NCBI RefSeq assembly: GCF_947568905.1
Contig: NC_079169.1
Span: forward strand, 87,544,001-87,608,000
Length of the DNA stretch: 64,000 bases
DNA from: Ostrea edulis
Lineage: Eukaryota
Direction of reading: 5' to 3'
The notes under the pieces are model-generated. The model worked only from the letters and a program-made list of their open reading frames with translations, was not told the DNA's origin and did not search any database. Below, in pieces: positions 23,805-38,454 of this stretch; positions within the stretch are counted from its first letter, which is position 1, and every line of letters starts with the position of its first letter. Made by a program: the position numbers and the translations under genes.

Positions 23805-26400
23805 TCGACCGGTCACAACCGCCGTTAGCGGCCTAGCAATCGGTATGAAACACGTCAGACAGTATTTGACCCAATGATAGATTGTGTTGTCGAATTAGAT
23901 CGTTATAGTGACCATAGAATTTGCAAAATGCTGACTTCAATCGAGAATGGTGAAATCTTGTACCATCAAATTGTTTGTCAGTAGCTTGCCTTGATTTAAA
24001 AAACTGACTATACGCAGAACAAGGTCTTGTGTATCGAATCGGTTGAGGGATATAAACACCATATACAGGTGATAATAGAATATTGCTACATAACAATGGG
24101 AAGTTGACGATGGAGAAGCTGAAATCATTACGCTTGTCATACAGTTGAATTGTCACTTTGCCATTAATATCTACTATGAATGAGAGTTATTATTGTTAAT
24201 AAACAAAACATCGTCGACATATCTAAATGTCGAATTGAAGGCCATAGCAAGATATTTTTTCTTTTCACGTAGAAGTTTTTGAATAAATTCTGCTTGATAT
24301 GAATATAGAAACATGAATGCTAACAAAGGAGCACAATTCGTGCCCATGGGAATTCCAACAGAGTGATGGAAGACTGATCACCAAATTTATGGTAAGGAAT
24401 GGTCGTTTATAGTGTTGAAAAGTCATATGTTTTGATGTTATTGATTTGGGAAAATTTTGCGATTTCAAGTTTACTAAAAGTTCTTTTGAATTGTATAGAA
24501 TCCACATTTGATTAACACCACTTCTGGCATATGTAATCGCACAGTAAGTTTGAAGTTTTTCCTTCACAGCTGTTAATATTTTCTTGAGGAATAAAGTTAG
24601 GGGCTTGGTAGAGCAATTACTAGATCCAGTAATGTGTCTTTGTTCGTAAGGGTTTTTATGTAGTTTAGGAATCCAATATAGGTACGGTAACTCATATTTA
24701 TTTACCCATTGACTGGGATATCAAATGTGTCTAAAACTGAAGCATGGTTTTGAAGAATTTTCTCTTTTGGAAGAGCAGTTGGAGTATAAGTACGAATACC
24801 AAAAATGGAATTAATGCCAAGTTCGTTTAAAATACCGTTGTAATAATGAGCCTTACAAACAAAGACAATGTTGTTACTAGCTTTGTCAGATGGAACAAAA
24901 ACATATTTCTCATGTAACCTATCTAATTATTTTATCACTTCTGGTTTACTAAACACAGAAGGATAGATGATACGTACTTTTGACTTAATCAGTCTAATGC
25001 GGGATTTTAATATTCTTATGGCTTTTAACCCATTTTGACAATGCATCAAGTTCTTCTTCATATTTAGCCCATCGTCTGGTATAATTTTCGACAGAATTCA
25101 TAATAGAGATGAAGTTATGTCGCCAATTAAAGGACCGAGGTTCTCTGTATTTAGGATCTTTTAGAATAAAGGATTTGAGGTCCTCATATTCAACTATATC
25201 AACATCACTAGTGATGACATATCCAGCTGGACAATAGTTGAAAGAAGATGAACAAGAATAAGTTGGTAGATTACGTATAAGATGGTCTGTATCTAAGCAC
25301 TGCAAAGTTTGTTTATAATTAAAAAGTTTGGATGCAATAATAGAAGTATAGCTGTAGAAAATACAGGGTGTAGACGTGAACCTGAAATAAGTTGGAATAC
25401 ACGACTGAACCCTTTTATGATGAAGAATGTTGCTTATGTTGACGGCATATATTTCTTTGTTTGTAAATTTGAGTTTAAGGAACTGGCGGCATGATTTGGA
25501 AGGATATCATTCATAACCCGTGCTGGTTTAAAGAGCCTGTGATAGGCAACATCCATAATCGTGGAGTTCAGTCTGTATTCAGGTGTTGAAAAATCCAAGT
25601 ATAGACTAGCTGTAGCTTCTTCAAACAACGTATGTAAAACTCTCAATGGAACAGAGTAAAGTTTTGTACGAATATGATGTGGACCTAATTGTCTGCTGAT
25701 GTAAGGCAAATGTGAATCATATGTGACATCATTTATGCTTGGTCTTTTATATGAACGATGTCCATGATTACGTTTCTGTCTTTGAGTATTTAGAAAGAGT
25801 CCCATCACATTCACGTTATTTCCTTGTGGACTAGTTAAATTTCCCACATCATATACATTATCATTGCATGCATATGGAAATGCAGTGACTAGGGTCCTGA
25901 TCCAGTGATCTTCTCGTTGTCTACGAAAAGGGGTGCCTAATGTTGGATTGTTTGTGTGATGGTAAATGTTTTCCAAAATCCTTACCCTCATGGACAAAAT
26001 GAAGTGGTCCGGTGCATTGAAATGCTTGTAAAGAAGTTGGTTACCACCATAATTTATAGGAAATATGTGTCCCGATATTCTTTTATTAAGTGAATCCTTG
26101 GTTTCTTCCACATGATTTAAGCCACACAGGTTACACATAATGGCATGGAAAACGTTAAAAGATTTACAAGTCAAATTATCAAACGTTTTGGTACAGAGAC
26201 TACGTCCAGTGAGGTTACTACTAAATGAATTTTTTGCAGAACATTTTGAGATCGAGAGCATGGGATCTGAAAAGGAATTATCAAAAATATCTCTTAAAGA
26301 CCCAAATATAATACCCTGCGGTTTCTTCACGGATGACTGAATGTGGGCGGAGCTCATCTATGGTCATTGTTATTTACGTAAAATTTACATGGCCAAAATA
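23805..26400 (-). mobile_element. Near-full-length decayed Penelope-like element with N-terminal GIY-YIG endonuclease followed by RT (Naiad/Chlamys architecture)
   Basis: ORF 25434-26357: TCKSFNVFHAIMCNLCG...KRISGH...YKHFN...REDHWIRTL-T--PY--ND. Then PAG-VIT-D...PKYREP (24994-25305), DKASNNIVFVCK, GVNQMWIL-NSK (24265-24567), PMG motif and the RT C-terminus (23833-24156). Confidence 0.88.
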
Positions 26401-26535
26401 TCAAGGTGTCATGTATACTTTTGATATACACAGGACATGTGTCAGGGGCGTCTGCAGAGTTTCTCTGGTGATAGTGTTTGTATCTATAACGGTAGCTGAT
26501 ACAGTCTACACCCACCACCCCTATTTTCCTCTCTC

Positions 26536-26539
<4 letters not shown>

Positions 26540-26583
<44 letters not shown>
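26540..26583. repeat. (CT)n microsatellite
   Basis: Direct reading. Confidence 0.95.
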
Positions 26584-26588
<5 letters not shown>

Positions 26589-28022
26589 TTTGCTGACTGA
26601 ATAAATTATTTTATAAACATAGATCTATCATTAAATGATAATATAAATTATTTCAGTAAGTTACAAGTTTTAGAATTTAATGTGCAAAGTGTTGTTTGAT
26701 TTCTGATTGTGTAATTTATAATACATGCATATAGTGGAGAAAAGAATACAATTATATTAAAATTGCATTGTTAATAATTGCAAGAAAATAGCAGTTGTTG
26801 AGAGGTCCATGCTATCAAAACTCTGGTATACTGGGCTTCCTCAAGATCTAAAGAATGCCTGTACTAATTGACTGTTATTGCTATCAAAACACCTATCTGA
26901 GGTCCCTCTAGAACAGTCTCTGCAGATGTCACTCCAACTGAGATCTATTGTTAAATGTTTGAATGACAGGCGACTTACCATTTGGGGGTGTTAACTTAAA
27001 ACTGGGTTTGTAAAGGAACATAACGGTCTTTAATTTGGGTATAAGAATTTTGGTTTCTGTACCAAAGCTGACAATTTGACGATTGTACATAAGACAAATC
27101 TTTGATATCTCGAAGGATAATCCGAGGGTCACCAACCGATCTGTAAGAGCCTGATTATGTTATATCCCCTGTACCCCACAACTTTGCAGGTCACAGAGAA
27201 AATTCAAGAACTTCTGCAAAATATGGGACTTGGATAGAATCATTATTTGTGAGCCCAGAGCTATGGATCTTGTGCAACATACTAAATAGTTAATTTCATG
27301 GAAAACAAGTACACATACCCCTGTATTACATGCCATTTTTAAAGACAGTAATATTGCATAATTATAGAGGAAATGTCATTGTGCATTGTTATATTTCTTT
27401 GATATATCAAAATCAGTAAACAATTGAAAATGAAAATAGTAATTTTATAACTTTAATCAATATGTTTGAATTTGTCTTGCAAATCAAACTTTAAGTATAT
27501 GTTGGTAAACTTTTCTCGAGTACCAAGAGATTTGATGCCGAGGGACCAAATCGAGTGGCCAGAGAAAAGTTTAACAACATACTTAGTACATATTTCACAC
27601 GAGAAATGAGAATTCTTTGTGGTCTCTATTTAATTTATTTTACCCTGCCGTATTTTTCATCCTTTAATCAAGATCATCAGCATTTATTTTGATTGGTCCA
27701 ATTTTGTTTTGGTGGGGTTTGATAATTTCTGCCCTAAAGGGGGGGGGGGTTACCTGTATTTAACAGCCAGGTGAGGGTGCATATTGTGTAGTTTTCAAGT
27801 GTTATTAGGTTTTTCGTACACATCCAATATATCTTCATCCATGTTTCAAGAGTGTCCACCACGTATTTTCAAATAAATAAGCTAAAGACTTACTAAAACT
27901 ATTGTTTTGAACATTTTCGGATGATAGATTACTGGATGTATCGCTTTATGATTGAAGTCCGATGGTGAGTACACATCCTATACCATTTTTATGAAGTGTT
28001 AGTGATGGAGCAGAACAGATAC

Positions 28023-28024
<2 letters not shown>

Positions 28025-28069
<45 letters not shown>
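28025..28069. repeat. (GA)n microsatellite
   Basis: Direct reading. Confidence 0.95.
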
Positions 28070-28070
<1 letters not shown>

Positions 28071-28513
28071 AAATACAGCATGTCTGTTCTCTTGTTTCTT
28101 TTGGTCTCCGAAGCTCCCCTAATGTTTGTATTTTTGTTTTAATATTCAATGTTCTATACCAAGTCTGGTACATATGTAACTGATACACCGTAATCAGAAA
28201 GCGCGACTCCCTTCCTAAATTCTTACCAATCATCGATAATTATTGGTCTAATAATTAGAAATAGAGGCACGGTTACCCAACCATGAAGCTTTGACTGGGG
28301 GTGTACCAAGATATTTGGTACACGCAAAAATCTTTTTTTCGAGGTGTCAAACATGCACTAATTAAACATTTCACATCATGGATGACTATGAACATTATAT
28401 TTTGTTAAAAGTTTTCATAGATACAATTAATTGATACTTTATTCTCATAAATATACAGTCATACAGTACAGAAAGAAAATTGTCTTCATGGGAATAATTG
28501 CCACCACCCCCCA

Positions 28514-28560
<47 letters not shown>

Positions 28561-28566
<6 letters not shown>

Positions 28567-29267
28567 CGAAATGCGCATCTGGTCCATCAAAATTGGTACC
28601 GTATAAGTTTTACATTATGACCCCTGGGTCGAGGCCTCTGCTGGCGGACTGTTAATCCCCGAGGGTCTCTACAGCCCAGTAGCTAAGTACTTCGTTACTA
28701 GCTTGAAAATACGGATGTATATTTAATTGCTGTTATAAAATTTAGAAATTCATTTCAAAATTAAGGATTATTTCCCTCATGCATAGCTCTTATCCTTTGA
28801 CGAATTTGGCTCCACTTGTTTGGCACGCTGTTTTTAGCTATATTTAGATCTGAAGAGACATTATTTGTCGAAATGCGCATCTGGTGCATCAAAATTGGTA
28901 CCGTATAAGTTTTACATGATGACCCCTGGGTCGAGGCATCTGCTGGTGGACTGTTAGTCCCCGAGGGTCTCTACAGCCCAGTAGCTAAGTACTTCGTTAC
29001 TAGCTTGAAAATACGGATGTATATTTAATTCCTGTTATAAAATTTAGAAATTCATTTCAAAATTAAGGATTATCTCCCTCATGCATAGCTCTTATCCTTG
29101 GACGAATTTGGCTCCACTTTTTTGGCAACTGTTTTTGGCTATATTTAGCTCTAATACTTCATAGTTATTTCGGATTTCAAACATTTCGGTTGAGCATCAC
29201 TGAAGAGACATTATTTGTCGAAATCCGCATCTGGTGCATCAAAATTGATACCGTATAAGTTTTACAT
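28561..29267 (+). mobile_element. Tandem retrozyme array: two monomers and three hammerhead positions, abutting (TA)n at 28517-28562
   Basis: Predicted cleavage after 28579, 28881 and 29231, giving monomers of 302 and 350 nt; core CTGAAGA-gaca/tgtc-GAAA at 28850 and 29200. Confidence 0.88.
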
Positions 29268-29399
29268 ATAAAACACTTTTTTGTAAAGCAAAATGTTTTG
29301 TATTTGATCTTGTATCCATGTTGTGGAGCCGACACTTTCAGGTATCGGGTGTTGTTAGAACTTAGTGCTTATATATATTTATATCTTAACTTAGCTCTT

Positions 29400-30480
29400 C
29401 AGTATACATTTTAACTGCTGTGAAGAGGAAAATAAATGTGCCACAACATATTCGAGAAGTGTAATACTCGTATATCAAATATGGATTCTAAATAAATTTG
29501 AAGGAACGTTTAGCAAACCTAAAATAACAAAGATTTTCCCAAATCAATAACATTGAAAAGTGACATTTCAACACTTTACACCATTCCTCACAATAAATTA
29601 AAGAATGAGGTCTTTGGCATCATAAACAGTGCGTCGTCAATAAAAATGGAACACGGAAATATTTATATCTTGTGATCAGTTTCCTAAAAATTACTTTGTT
29701 TAATGCTACTCTGATTCTACGCACAGGTACTCTGAAGTTGATATATGTATCAAGAATATGCTGGAGTTCCTCGTTGACAGTATCTAAGTAGTCTTTGGTT
29801 ACTAGGTCTTCCAACACTCTGTTGGAATTCCTATGGGTACGAATTGTACTCCTTCACTAGCGGACATGTTTCTGCATTCTTATAAGGCAAATCTATCCAA
29901 AAGCTTCTACATGAGAAGAAAACATATCGCTGTGACCTTCAACTCCACATTTAGACAAATCGACGACGTTTTATCTATTAATGATACTCATTTTCATTCA
30001 TATGTTGATTGGATATATTTATCCCAGTGAATTCGAAATAAGAAACACAACAAAGTCTTCTACGTCTGCTTCCACTTGGATATTTTATTGGAAACAGCAA
30101 TGAAACAACTCAATTGCAACAAACGAGATGACTTCAGCTTCTCTATCGTCAACTTCCCGTAATCATGTAGCAATATTACAAAATCACCTGCATATGATAT
30201 TTGTATTTCAACTGGTTCGATAAACAAGAGCATCTTCTGCGTATGATAATTCTTAAATGGAGCCAGACTATTGATAAATAAGTTTTTGTTATAGCGGTTT
30301 CAATAATCTCGTTTAAAGTCAGCATTTCGCAATTGTATTGTCGTTATAACGATCTAATTTACAACTACGATATGTTGGTAAAATGAACACTATCTGACTT
30401 GTTTGACACCATTCTTAGGCCGTTTTGACACACTGATTTTGAAGACGAATCACTCTGTTTACCTGATCAAGATATATCGT
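29400..30480 (+). mobile_element. Decayed Naiad RT fragment, arm3 copy
   Basis: WILN, FSTLYTIPH, MGTNC and DDVLS motifs, with stops. Confidence 0.85.
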
Positions 30481-31815
30481 AAGTATCCCTTGCCCCAATG
30501 CTCAAAATAATCTACAACAATATTTCAAACTTCTCTACCATTCCATAACATTCAGCTTCTCTTAAATCTTTGCCATTTTGTAAAGAAATATTGAATTGAT
30601 TTGAAGAAAAAAATGAATTGATTTGTTAATTGTTTATTGAAAACATTCATAACACAGAATACAAGTTAGAGTAAGGACATCTTTATACAGCATGGCGTAC
30701 GTGAATCTCAGCAACACTACAAAACAATAGAATTAACACAGCAATTATATATACTTTGGTATATTTATCACACAACTGATCTATATATATATATGTCAGA
30801 AAGTCACGATCTCCAGAGAATCAAACATAAAAGATACAATGTTAAAGATATGTTCTGAAAACCAGCTTTCATTCAGTGTTCTAGAACAGTAATATTACAG
30901 GAGTGTACACGGAGCAAATACTGCCTTCAATGATTATTTTGTTGGGAGAATTAAATCAGAAATATGAAAAATGGCTAACACCTCACAAATGTTAAAGCAA
31001 TTTGATAACAAATGTACACATTTGTATACCGTGATGCCTGTAATATAGATTGATCTTAATTTAGTTGTTTAAAATATTAATCATCTTTACATACTACTGG
31101 GAAATTATTGAACCAACATGTCAAGAGAACAAATAGAATTGATGAAATTCATAGTATAAAGACTAATTTCGACATCTGGGTGAACGATATTAATCACAGA
31201 ATAGCGGTAACACTATGTCATTGCAGCAATTTAAATTTATGGAACAGAAAATCACGATATATGTTCAATAAAATGATAATTTAATGTCCAATGGTCACCA
31301 CAGTTACTGGATTAAATCTACTGATACAGTAATGAGACTTATGCTATACTTATGTCCACGATACAGGCATGTTATCATTTCCTTCCATCATTATTTGAGT
31401 CGAAATTTTCATGACCCAACCCTTTTGTTCTCAATTTGTAGACGTCTTGATATGTCAATTTGACCTTACCCTTATTTTAACACACCAACTTCACCCTCCT
31501 CTTATTTGTAAGGATCTTATCTAAATGCTTCATCTTCAATATCACCCTATTACCATTTCAATTTAAATCTCCCTTGGTCTGAATTTACCTTAACGGCGGT
31601 CATGTTGTACCTAGCTTGCTTAAATTTCTAATGTGGTCTGTAGAGAGGAAATGAAGAATATTCTGAAAATTCCTTCTACACAGTAAATAAAATACCAACG
31701 AAAGAGAATTAGAATGATGATGGGAATTCTTCGATCAGAAAAGCAAGCCCATGTCTTAAGCTCAGGTGACTTCCATCAAAATGAAACTAGTGATATGGAA
31801 GAGAATGAATAAAAC

Positions 31816-32795
31816 CTACGCCATTTCACATATATAATTGTTGAGATCGGTGCAAGGATCATCTGTCCACGTCATTACATAGCCTGGTTCATTTCGAAAG
31901 ACCACACAATTTTCGTTTCCATATCTGTTGTTAGGCTGGATGGTACCCCAGTTGGTATAGGTAGCAGTTTTACCGGAGGATATCCAAACAAATGTGTCTT
32001 CTTCGACGATATCAGTTAAACCGATGTAGAAACCATGGTATCCTAATATGTAGACAAAGTTATCAATATGTTAGTGAATTCAAATAGGAATATCAAATAT
32101 TTCATTGTGACAAGGGTATTCATTTACATTCTTTTTAAATAGAAATATTTGATCTTGGAATAAACATTGAGGAATCACAAACCAGACTGTTTGACGGGGT
32201 TTTCAAGAAATTTCTGTGTCGCGACATCGTCCACTGTGGCCAAAGACGCAGTCCTGCCATACTGAGAACCAATTGCTTGGCAGAGTTTCTTTGGGAAAAG
32301 AAGAGAGTCTGTGTTATTCGTCATCACTTACAGCTTTGAGATTTGTTGCAATCTGTGTTACATGTCATGAATGACGATTCTAGAGTAGATTTAATGTATG
32401 TAAGGACAGAGAAATGAATGTTTACCAATGCTCCGGCAAGCGTCTCGTTGTCTTTGCTGAGGAAAAAGCATCTGTCATTGTGTGCACTCCAGTTAGTGGG
32501 ACAAACAGCGAATACTTCAATCAAAGATTAAAATCATGTAATCATACATGTGTATGTCTGAAAACAAACCATCTACCCCACCTCCCGAAACAGAAACTCA
32601 AATGAAACTAAAGGAAACTTTTCCAAGAATCCGAATATTTGAAAAATGTAGAGTACATGTACTTCAAATGAAATTCACAAATGATTAAAATCAAAGAACA
32701 GTTTCTGCCATTCTTTAGTACTTGAATAGAATATGCATCCAAATAAACTTACCTGTGGTCAGTGCTGTGAGAAAGATGAGGAGCTGAATATTCAT
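31816..32795 (-). CDS. C-type lectin type A, copy A3. Exons 32795-32753, 32514-32426, 32288-32183, 32042-31816
   Basis: Open spliced frame with the same exon lengths as A1 (43/89/106/227). Confidence 0.92.
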
Positions 32796-33943
32796 TTTGG
32801 ACGGTTGATTATTTGTAATCTGTAGAGAAACCAAGTTGGTGCACTTATATAGTGCTGCGATTTTGATAAGAAGTCACGGAGAGAAAGGTTACAATGTAGA
32901 ACCTAAAGAAGAACACCATTCACATCTCCTAGGTGGATGAAGACCTTACAATCATCACGTTTAATTTAGTAGGCGTAAGATTTGACTAGACGACATTAGG
33001 TGAAAGGAAACGAAGATTATCAATATATACTGCATGAAAACATGATAACACTGTTTATCATAATTATTACATATTGGGGGAATTTGGTCCCAATTTTGAT
33101 TTCTTTACAGGAGCAATAAAGGTTTTACGGCGAATTCAATACGGAATGAAAAATATAACAATGCATGTGGGTTCAGATGAATGTAGGACATTAATTTCGA
33201 AGTACACAGCATGAAGAAATGAAAATCATGTAACTTTCTTGTTGAATTATTTTATAATTTCTAGTTGATAATCAGTAATACTTGTATTTAGATACCTCTG
33301 TGAGCATACTGTAGCTCTCGCAGTCATTCACTGTTTGCAGTTGTACGTCCTGCTAGAATATTTTGCTGAATTAGAGGCACCACCAGCTGAAGGCAAAAAG
33401 CATCAGATTTGGGGTTTTTAATTCCGTTTCCATGACTTTAACATATCCTACGTTGATGAGTTGTATTTGTGGATATAAAAAACCGTGAAACAGAATAATG
33501 TTTCGCACCTTTACTTAAGAAACGTAATGCAGACTATTTCGTTAATTTTATTTGTCTAAAGATATTTTATTTGCACTACTCTACATGGTATAAATTGGTA
33601 TTTTTTAAAACAAATTTACTAGTGCACCATTTGCTTTGTACGTGGGTGAAAGTCGGTGAACCAAATCACGAAAACTAGAATATACATGTATGATATTTCA
33701 GTTTCCACTAACGAGAAAGAATTGCATATTTAGATAATCTGAAACGTACATCACGTATAGGTAGTGGACATGACGTCTTGACAATGTTCTACATTGTGAT
33801 CTTTCTCCGTCAACACAGTCCTGTTTGATTATGTTCTATTTCCTTACCTTTCTTCACGAACCTAAAATCTTATCAAAATTACACCAGTATATAAAAGCAA
33901 GAAATTGCTTTCTCTGCAGATCATTATTAATCCACCGTCCAAA

Positions 33944-35048
33944 ATGAATATCCAGCTCCTCATCTTTCTCGCAGCGCTGACCACAGGTATGTTTATAAGG
34001 ATGTTGATTGTATCATCATTAGTATCAGCATTTTACCGCAATAAAAAGAGCCTTAAATTATCAGGGACCGGATAAATTGGAGATCACAGCTTGCTAATAA
34101 ATTTTTCTGTTTGCTTTTTCAAATTACTAAGAAAGATTAGAAATAAATAAATTTTATGTTCAGTTCTGCCTACTAACAATTCTGAACTTTCTTCTAGTGT
34201 TCGCTGCCTGTCCTGCACATTGGTCTGGACATAGGGACAAATGTTACTTCTTCAGTAGAGACAATGAGACGTTTTCGGACGCTCTGGTAAATATCCGTTA
34301 ACTCTTTCTACAAAAGACATTATTTCAAAGATAATCGTCCTTGATAAATGTCTTCATGCGTGTAGAATGACGTCATCGCTTTCTTGCAGATACTCTGTGA
34401 AATGCTAGGAGCTCAGTACCGTAGACCTGCCTCCATTGCCACCATAGATGGCGCCAACACACAAAAATATCTGGCCAACCTGATTAGGCACTCCGGTATG
34501 TCCATCTCCATTCAAAACCCAAAACAGATACTTTTTTCCTTGTGATTGATATACATTAAGATCGACTCAAAACTATAATTGTACTCTACTCTGTCGTTCC
34601 ATTACATTCCAGGATCTAATGCTTACTATATTGGTGTCAACGATATTGTCAACGAGGGTGAATTTGTATGGATTTCTTCTGGACAGAATGCTACTTATTT
34701 GAACTGGGGTCCCGACCAGCCCAACAACCGATGGGGAAATGAAAATTGTGTTGTCATTAGAAACGATCCAGGTCAAGGGTTTGACATGACGTGGTCAGAT
34801 GACCCCTGTACTGATCTGAACACGTATATCTGCGAAATGCCGTATGTTTTCACTTTTGTTTTATCATACTACATCCTTCAAGGATTTATGTATGGAAATA
34901 TTAATATCATTTACATCTCATGATGTTGATATCGTCTTACTAAAACTAGTACGCATCGCATGTCGACCGGTCACACCCGCCGTGAACCCTATATCTCGAG
35001 CCCAGTCGATTATTTTACAGGTACCCCAGGTTGATTACAGATTCTTGA
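33944..35048 (+). CDS. C-type lectin type B, copy B3. Exons 33944-33986, 34198-34286, 34390-34495, 34613-34841, 35021-35048
   Basis: Open spliced frame; the last-exon stop is TGA instead of TAA. Confidence 0.9.
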
Positions 35049-35829
35049 TTTTGTCGGAGGCAGTTGCAGACGATAAAGTTTGATATTCTTGAATAAATCT
35101 GGTGAAATAAAGCAGCTTCTTGTATCTGTAGTAATACACAATTATCATCTCTGAATTAAGATTTTCAATGCTTTGATTCAGGATATTACGTTTCACTAAA
35201 ACCGTTCTAACTTTACCATTATATCGCTTTATTCTTTCTAAATGCTTGATGTCGGACATAATGATTGTTATTTCATCATAGCATCATCAACACCAATGTG
35301 GATTCCGTGAATTATCATGGTACATGTATATTGACTTCATGGACTATCACTGTTTTATAAGTTTTATTGCATCGTAAAATGTTGTTAATATTTCTGTAGG
35401 AGTTTCTAAGAAGTGATACACATCTTGCAGCTTAGAAATAAAGCTAGTCACATGGTTTTTTTTGTATTGTAGTGCTGCTGAGATTCACATTCCGATTGTT
35501 GGATAAAGAGTAATGCATTATTATTGTATTTTGTGTGTTATATGTATATACTGTACAAATAAATTATCTTATTTTTTGTCTGCTAAATCTTTAAAGAATA
35601 TGGTATTTATTCACATAATGTCAAATAATTATTTTCAAGAATGATTATACCAGAAAAAGGTATTCAAATAGAAAAGTCAAACTGATTAGAGGTTAAGTAA
35701 GATTCATGAAGATTGAATAGAGGTAAAGAAGAACTGTTACAAATTAACAGTAAATGTATTCTGAGAGAAGGCAATCAACAGTTCATACGTATTGACAATG
35801 GGAGTTCGATAGCGCATACATATAGACAC

Positions 35830-37054
35830 ACGATAATCGACTGTCATAGAAATTGAGAGCAGACATTCAACTGTCATACAGATTGAGGCAAGAAAATCAA
35901 CTGTCATACAGATTGAGACAAGACAATCAACTGTCATACAGAATGTGACAAGACAATCAACGGTCATACAGAATGAGATAAGACAACCAACAATCATACA
36001 GATTGAGACAAGACAATCAACTGTCATACAGAATGAGATAAGATAAATGACTGTCATAGAAATTGAGACAAGATAATTAACTGTCACACAGAATGAGACA
36101 AGACAATCAACTGTCATACAGAATGAGATAAGATAATCAACAGTCATACAGATTGAGACAAGATAATTAACTGTCATACAGAATGAGATAAGATAATCAA
36201 CAGTCATACAGATTGAGACAAGATAATCAACTGTAATACATTTTGAGACAAGATAATTAACTGTCATACAGAATGAGATAAGATAATCAACTGTCATAGA
36301 GATTGAGACAAGATAATCAACTGTAATACATTTTGAGACAAGATAATTAACTGTCATACGGATTGAGACAAGATAATTAACTGTCATACAGATTGAGAAA
36401 AGATAATTAACTGTCATACAGATAGAGACAAGATAATTATCTGTCATACAGAATGAGATAAGATAATCAACTGTCATACAGATTGAGATAAGATAATTGA
36501 CTGTCATACAGAATGAGATATGATAATTAACTGTCATACAGATTGAGACAAGATAATCAACAGTCATACAGAATGAGATAAGACAATTAACAGTCATACA
36601 GTTTGAGATAAGACAATTAAGTGTCATACAGAGTGAGACAAAATAATCAACAATCATGCAGATTGAGACAAGATAATCAACTGTCATACAGATTGAGACA
36701 AGATAATCAACCGTCATACAGAATGAGATAAGATAATTAACTGTCATACAGATTGAGACAAGATAATTAACTGTCATACATATTGAGACAAGATAATTAA
36801 CTGTCATACATATTGAGACAAGATAATTAACTGTCATACAGATTGAGACAAGATAATTAACTGTCATACAGATTGAGACAAGATAATTAACTGTCATACA
36901 GATTGAGACAAGATAATTAACTGTCACACAGATTGAGACAAGATAATCAACAGTCGTACAGAGTTAGGTATGACAATCAACAGTCATACAGAATGAGATA
37001 AGACAATTAACTGTCATACAGATTGAGATAAGATAATCAACTGTCAAACAGATT
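35830..37054. repeat. 30-bp satellite array, arm3 (~41 units)
   Basis: Same monomer as the arm1 array. Confidence 0.95.
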
Positions 37055-38454
37055 ATAATTATAATTTAATGCAAAAGACAAATGTACTAACCTTCGTTTA
37101 TTAAAATGTACATAAATTTTGAAAAATACAAGTCAACTGAGCCGCAAAATGATTCACTTAGCATGACGAAGCGTCTAGCTGTGAAGGTAGCAATATTAGT
37201 TCTTCTGAGTCTATTTATCAAATTATTGTAAATGTAGTAATTGAAGGTGAAGTTTGAAGTTCGTTGGGACAGAAAATATGTGTAGGCTATGAATGCAATG
37301 CGTATTTTGCTGCCCTTAAAGATCGACTTTGAAGTAGACTACATGAAAACTTACCCTTGCATGCAACGTTGTCGCTAATAGTAAGTCCGACACAAGAAAT
37401 ATACAAACAAGTGATTAATCGCGATCCACAGCTCAATGTGACTGACGTCATCTGATATGAAATATGACGTATGATTGTTTTTTTGAAAGGCAGATCAAGC
37501 AATGAAGCAACCCCCTTCCCCAAGGAGAAATGTATTTCAAAATGAGAAGGCTTCTGTTTACTTGGTAAATAATTAATTCGAATATAATATCTTTGGCTTT
37601 ACCTATTATTCGACCATGACACAGAGAAAGATCTTTTCCAACAGTGATTTGCGTACAAGTAGATGGTAATTGACAAGGAGAAAAAAATATGTATATTAAA
37701 CCAAAATATCGTATTGCACGCGTTGACTTTCTATTCCAAATGCAAGGCCCAAAACAGTGCTGCAATGTAAATTTCGAGAGAAAAAATAGTTCCGGCAACT
37801 GGTTGTCAAGGGGTATGTCCTCATACCAAACCAGGTTATACAAAAATAATCTGCGCTCCTCAATTTAAATTTCATCAATCAGAGACTAGAATACAATATG
37901 AATTAAATTATTAGAGAATAATTTCAGTGTATTGTATGTAGTCATTAACAAGAGTTGAAAATATATTTCAAAGAATAGATTAAAACGATTGATATTTCGC
38001 ACAACCATCAAAATAATTTCGAAGTCAAATAAATTCAAACATATTTTGGAGTATGAAATGATATTTTTCAGACATGCATAGGTATTTATAAATGCACATT
38101 GAAAACAATTTGTCAGTAAAGATATCATATTCTCGTAATCATTTATTTCGTAGTTTCTTTGCATTAAAATAGTTAATTCTCTAACTAATATCACCTCAGC
38201 TGCTGAAAGTTCATATTGAATATATACTACACTACACCAAAATGCACTTTATCATAAGGTGTGAACCGACTACACCGGGTATATAACGGTGTTATGAAAT
38301 GAAGACCAACCATACAGATTGAGAGGAAACAAACGACAGCCATAGAGATTGAGAGGAAACAAACGACAGCGATACAGATTGAGACAGGACAGTCGACAGT
38401 CATAGTGATTTATACATGTTAACGAAAATGTAAACACATGAAGGTAAAGATTGA

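Noticed and set aside
26929-27135. 68-aa ORF in the spacer
   Set aside because: No recognisable motif or supporting exons.
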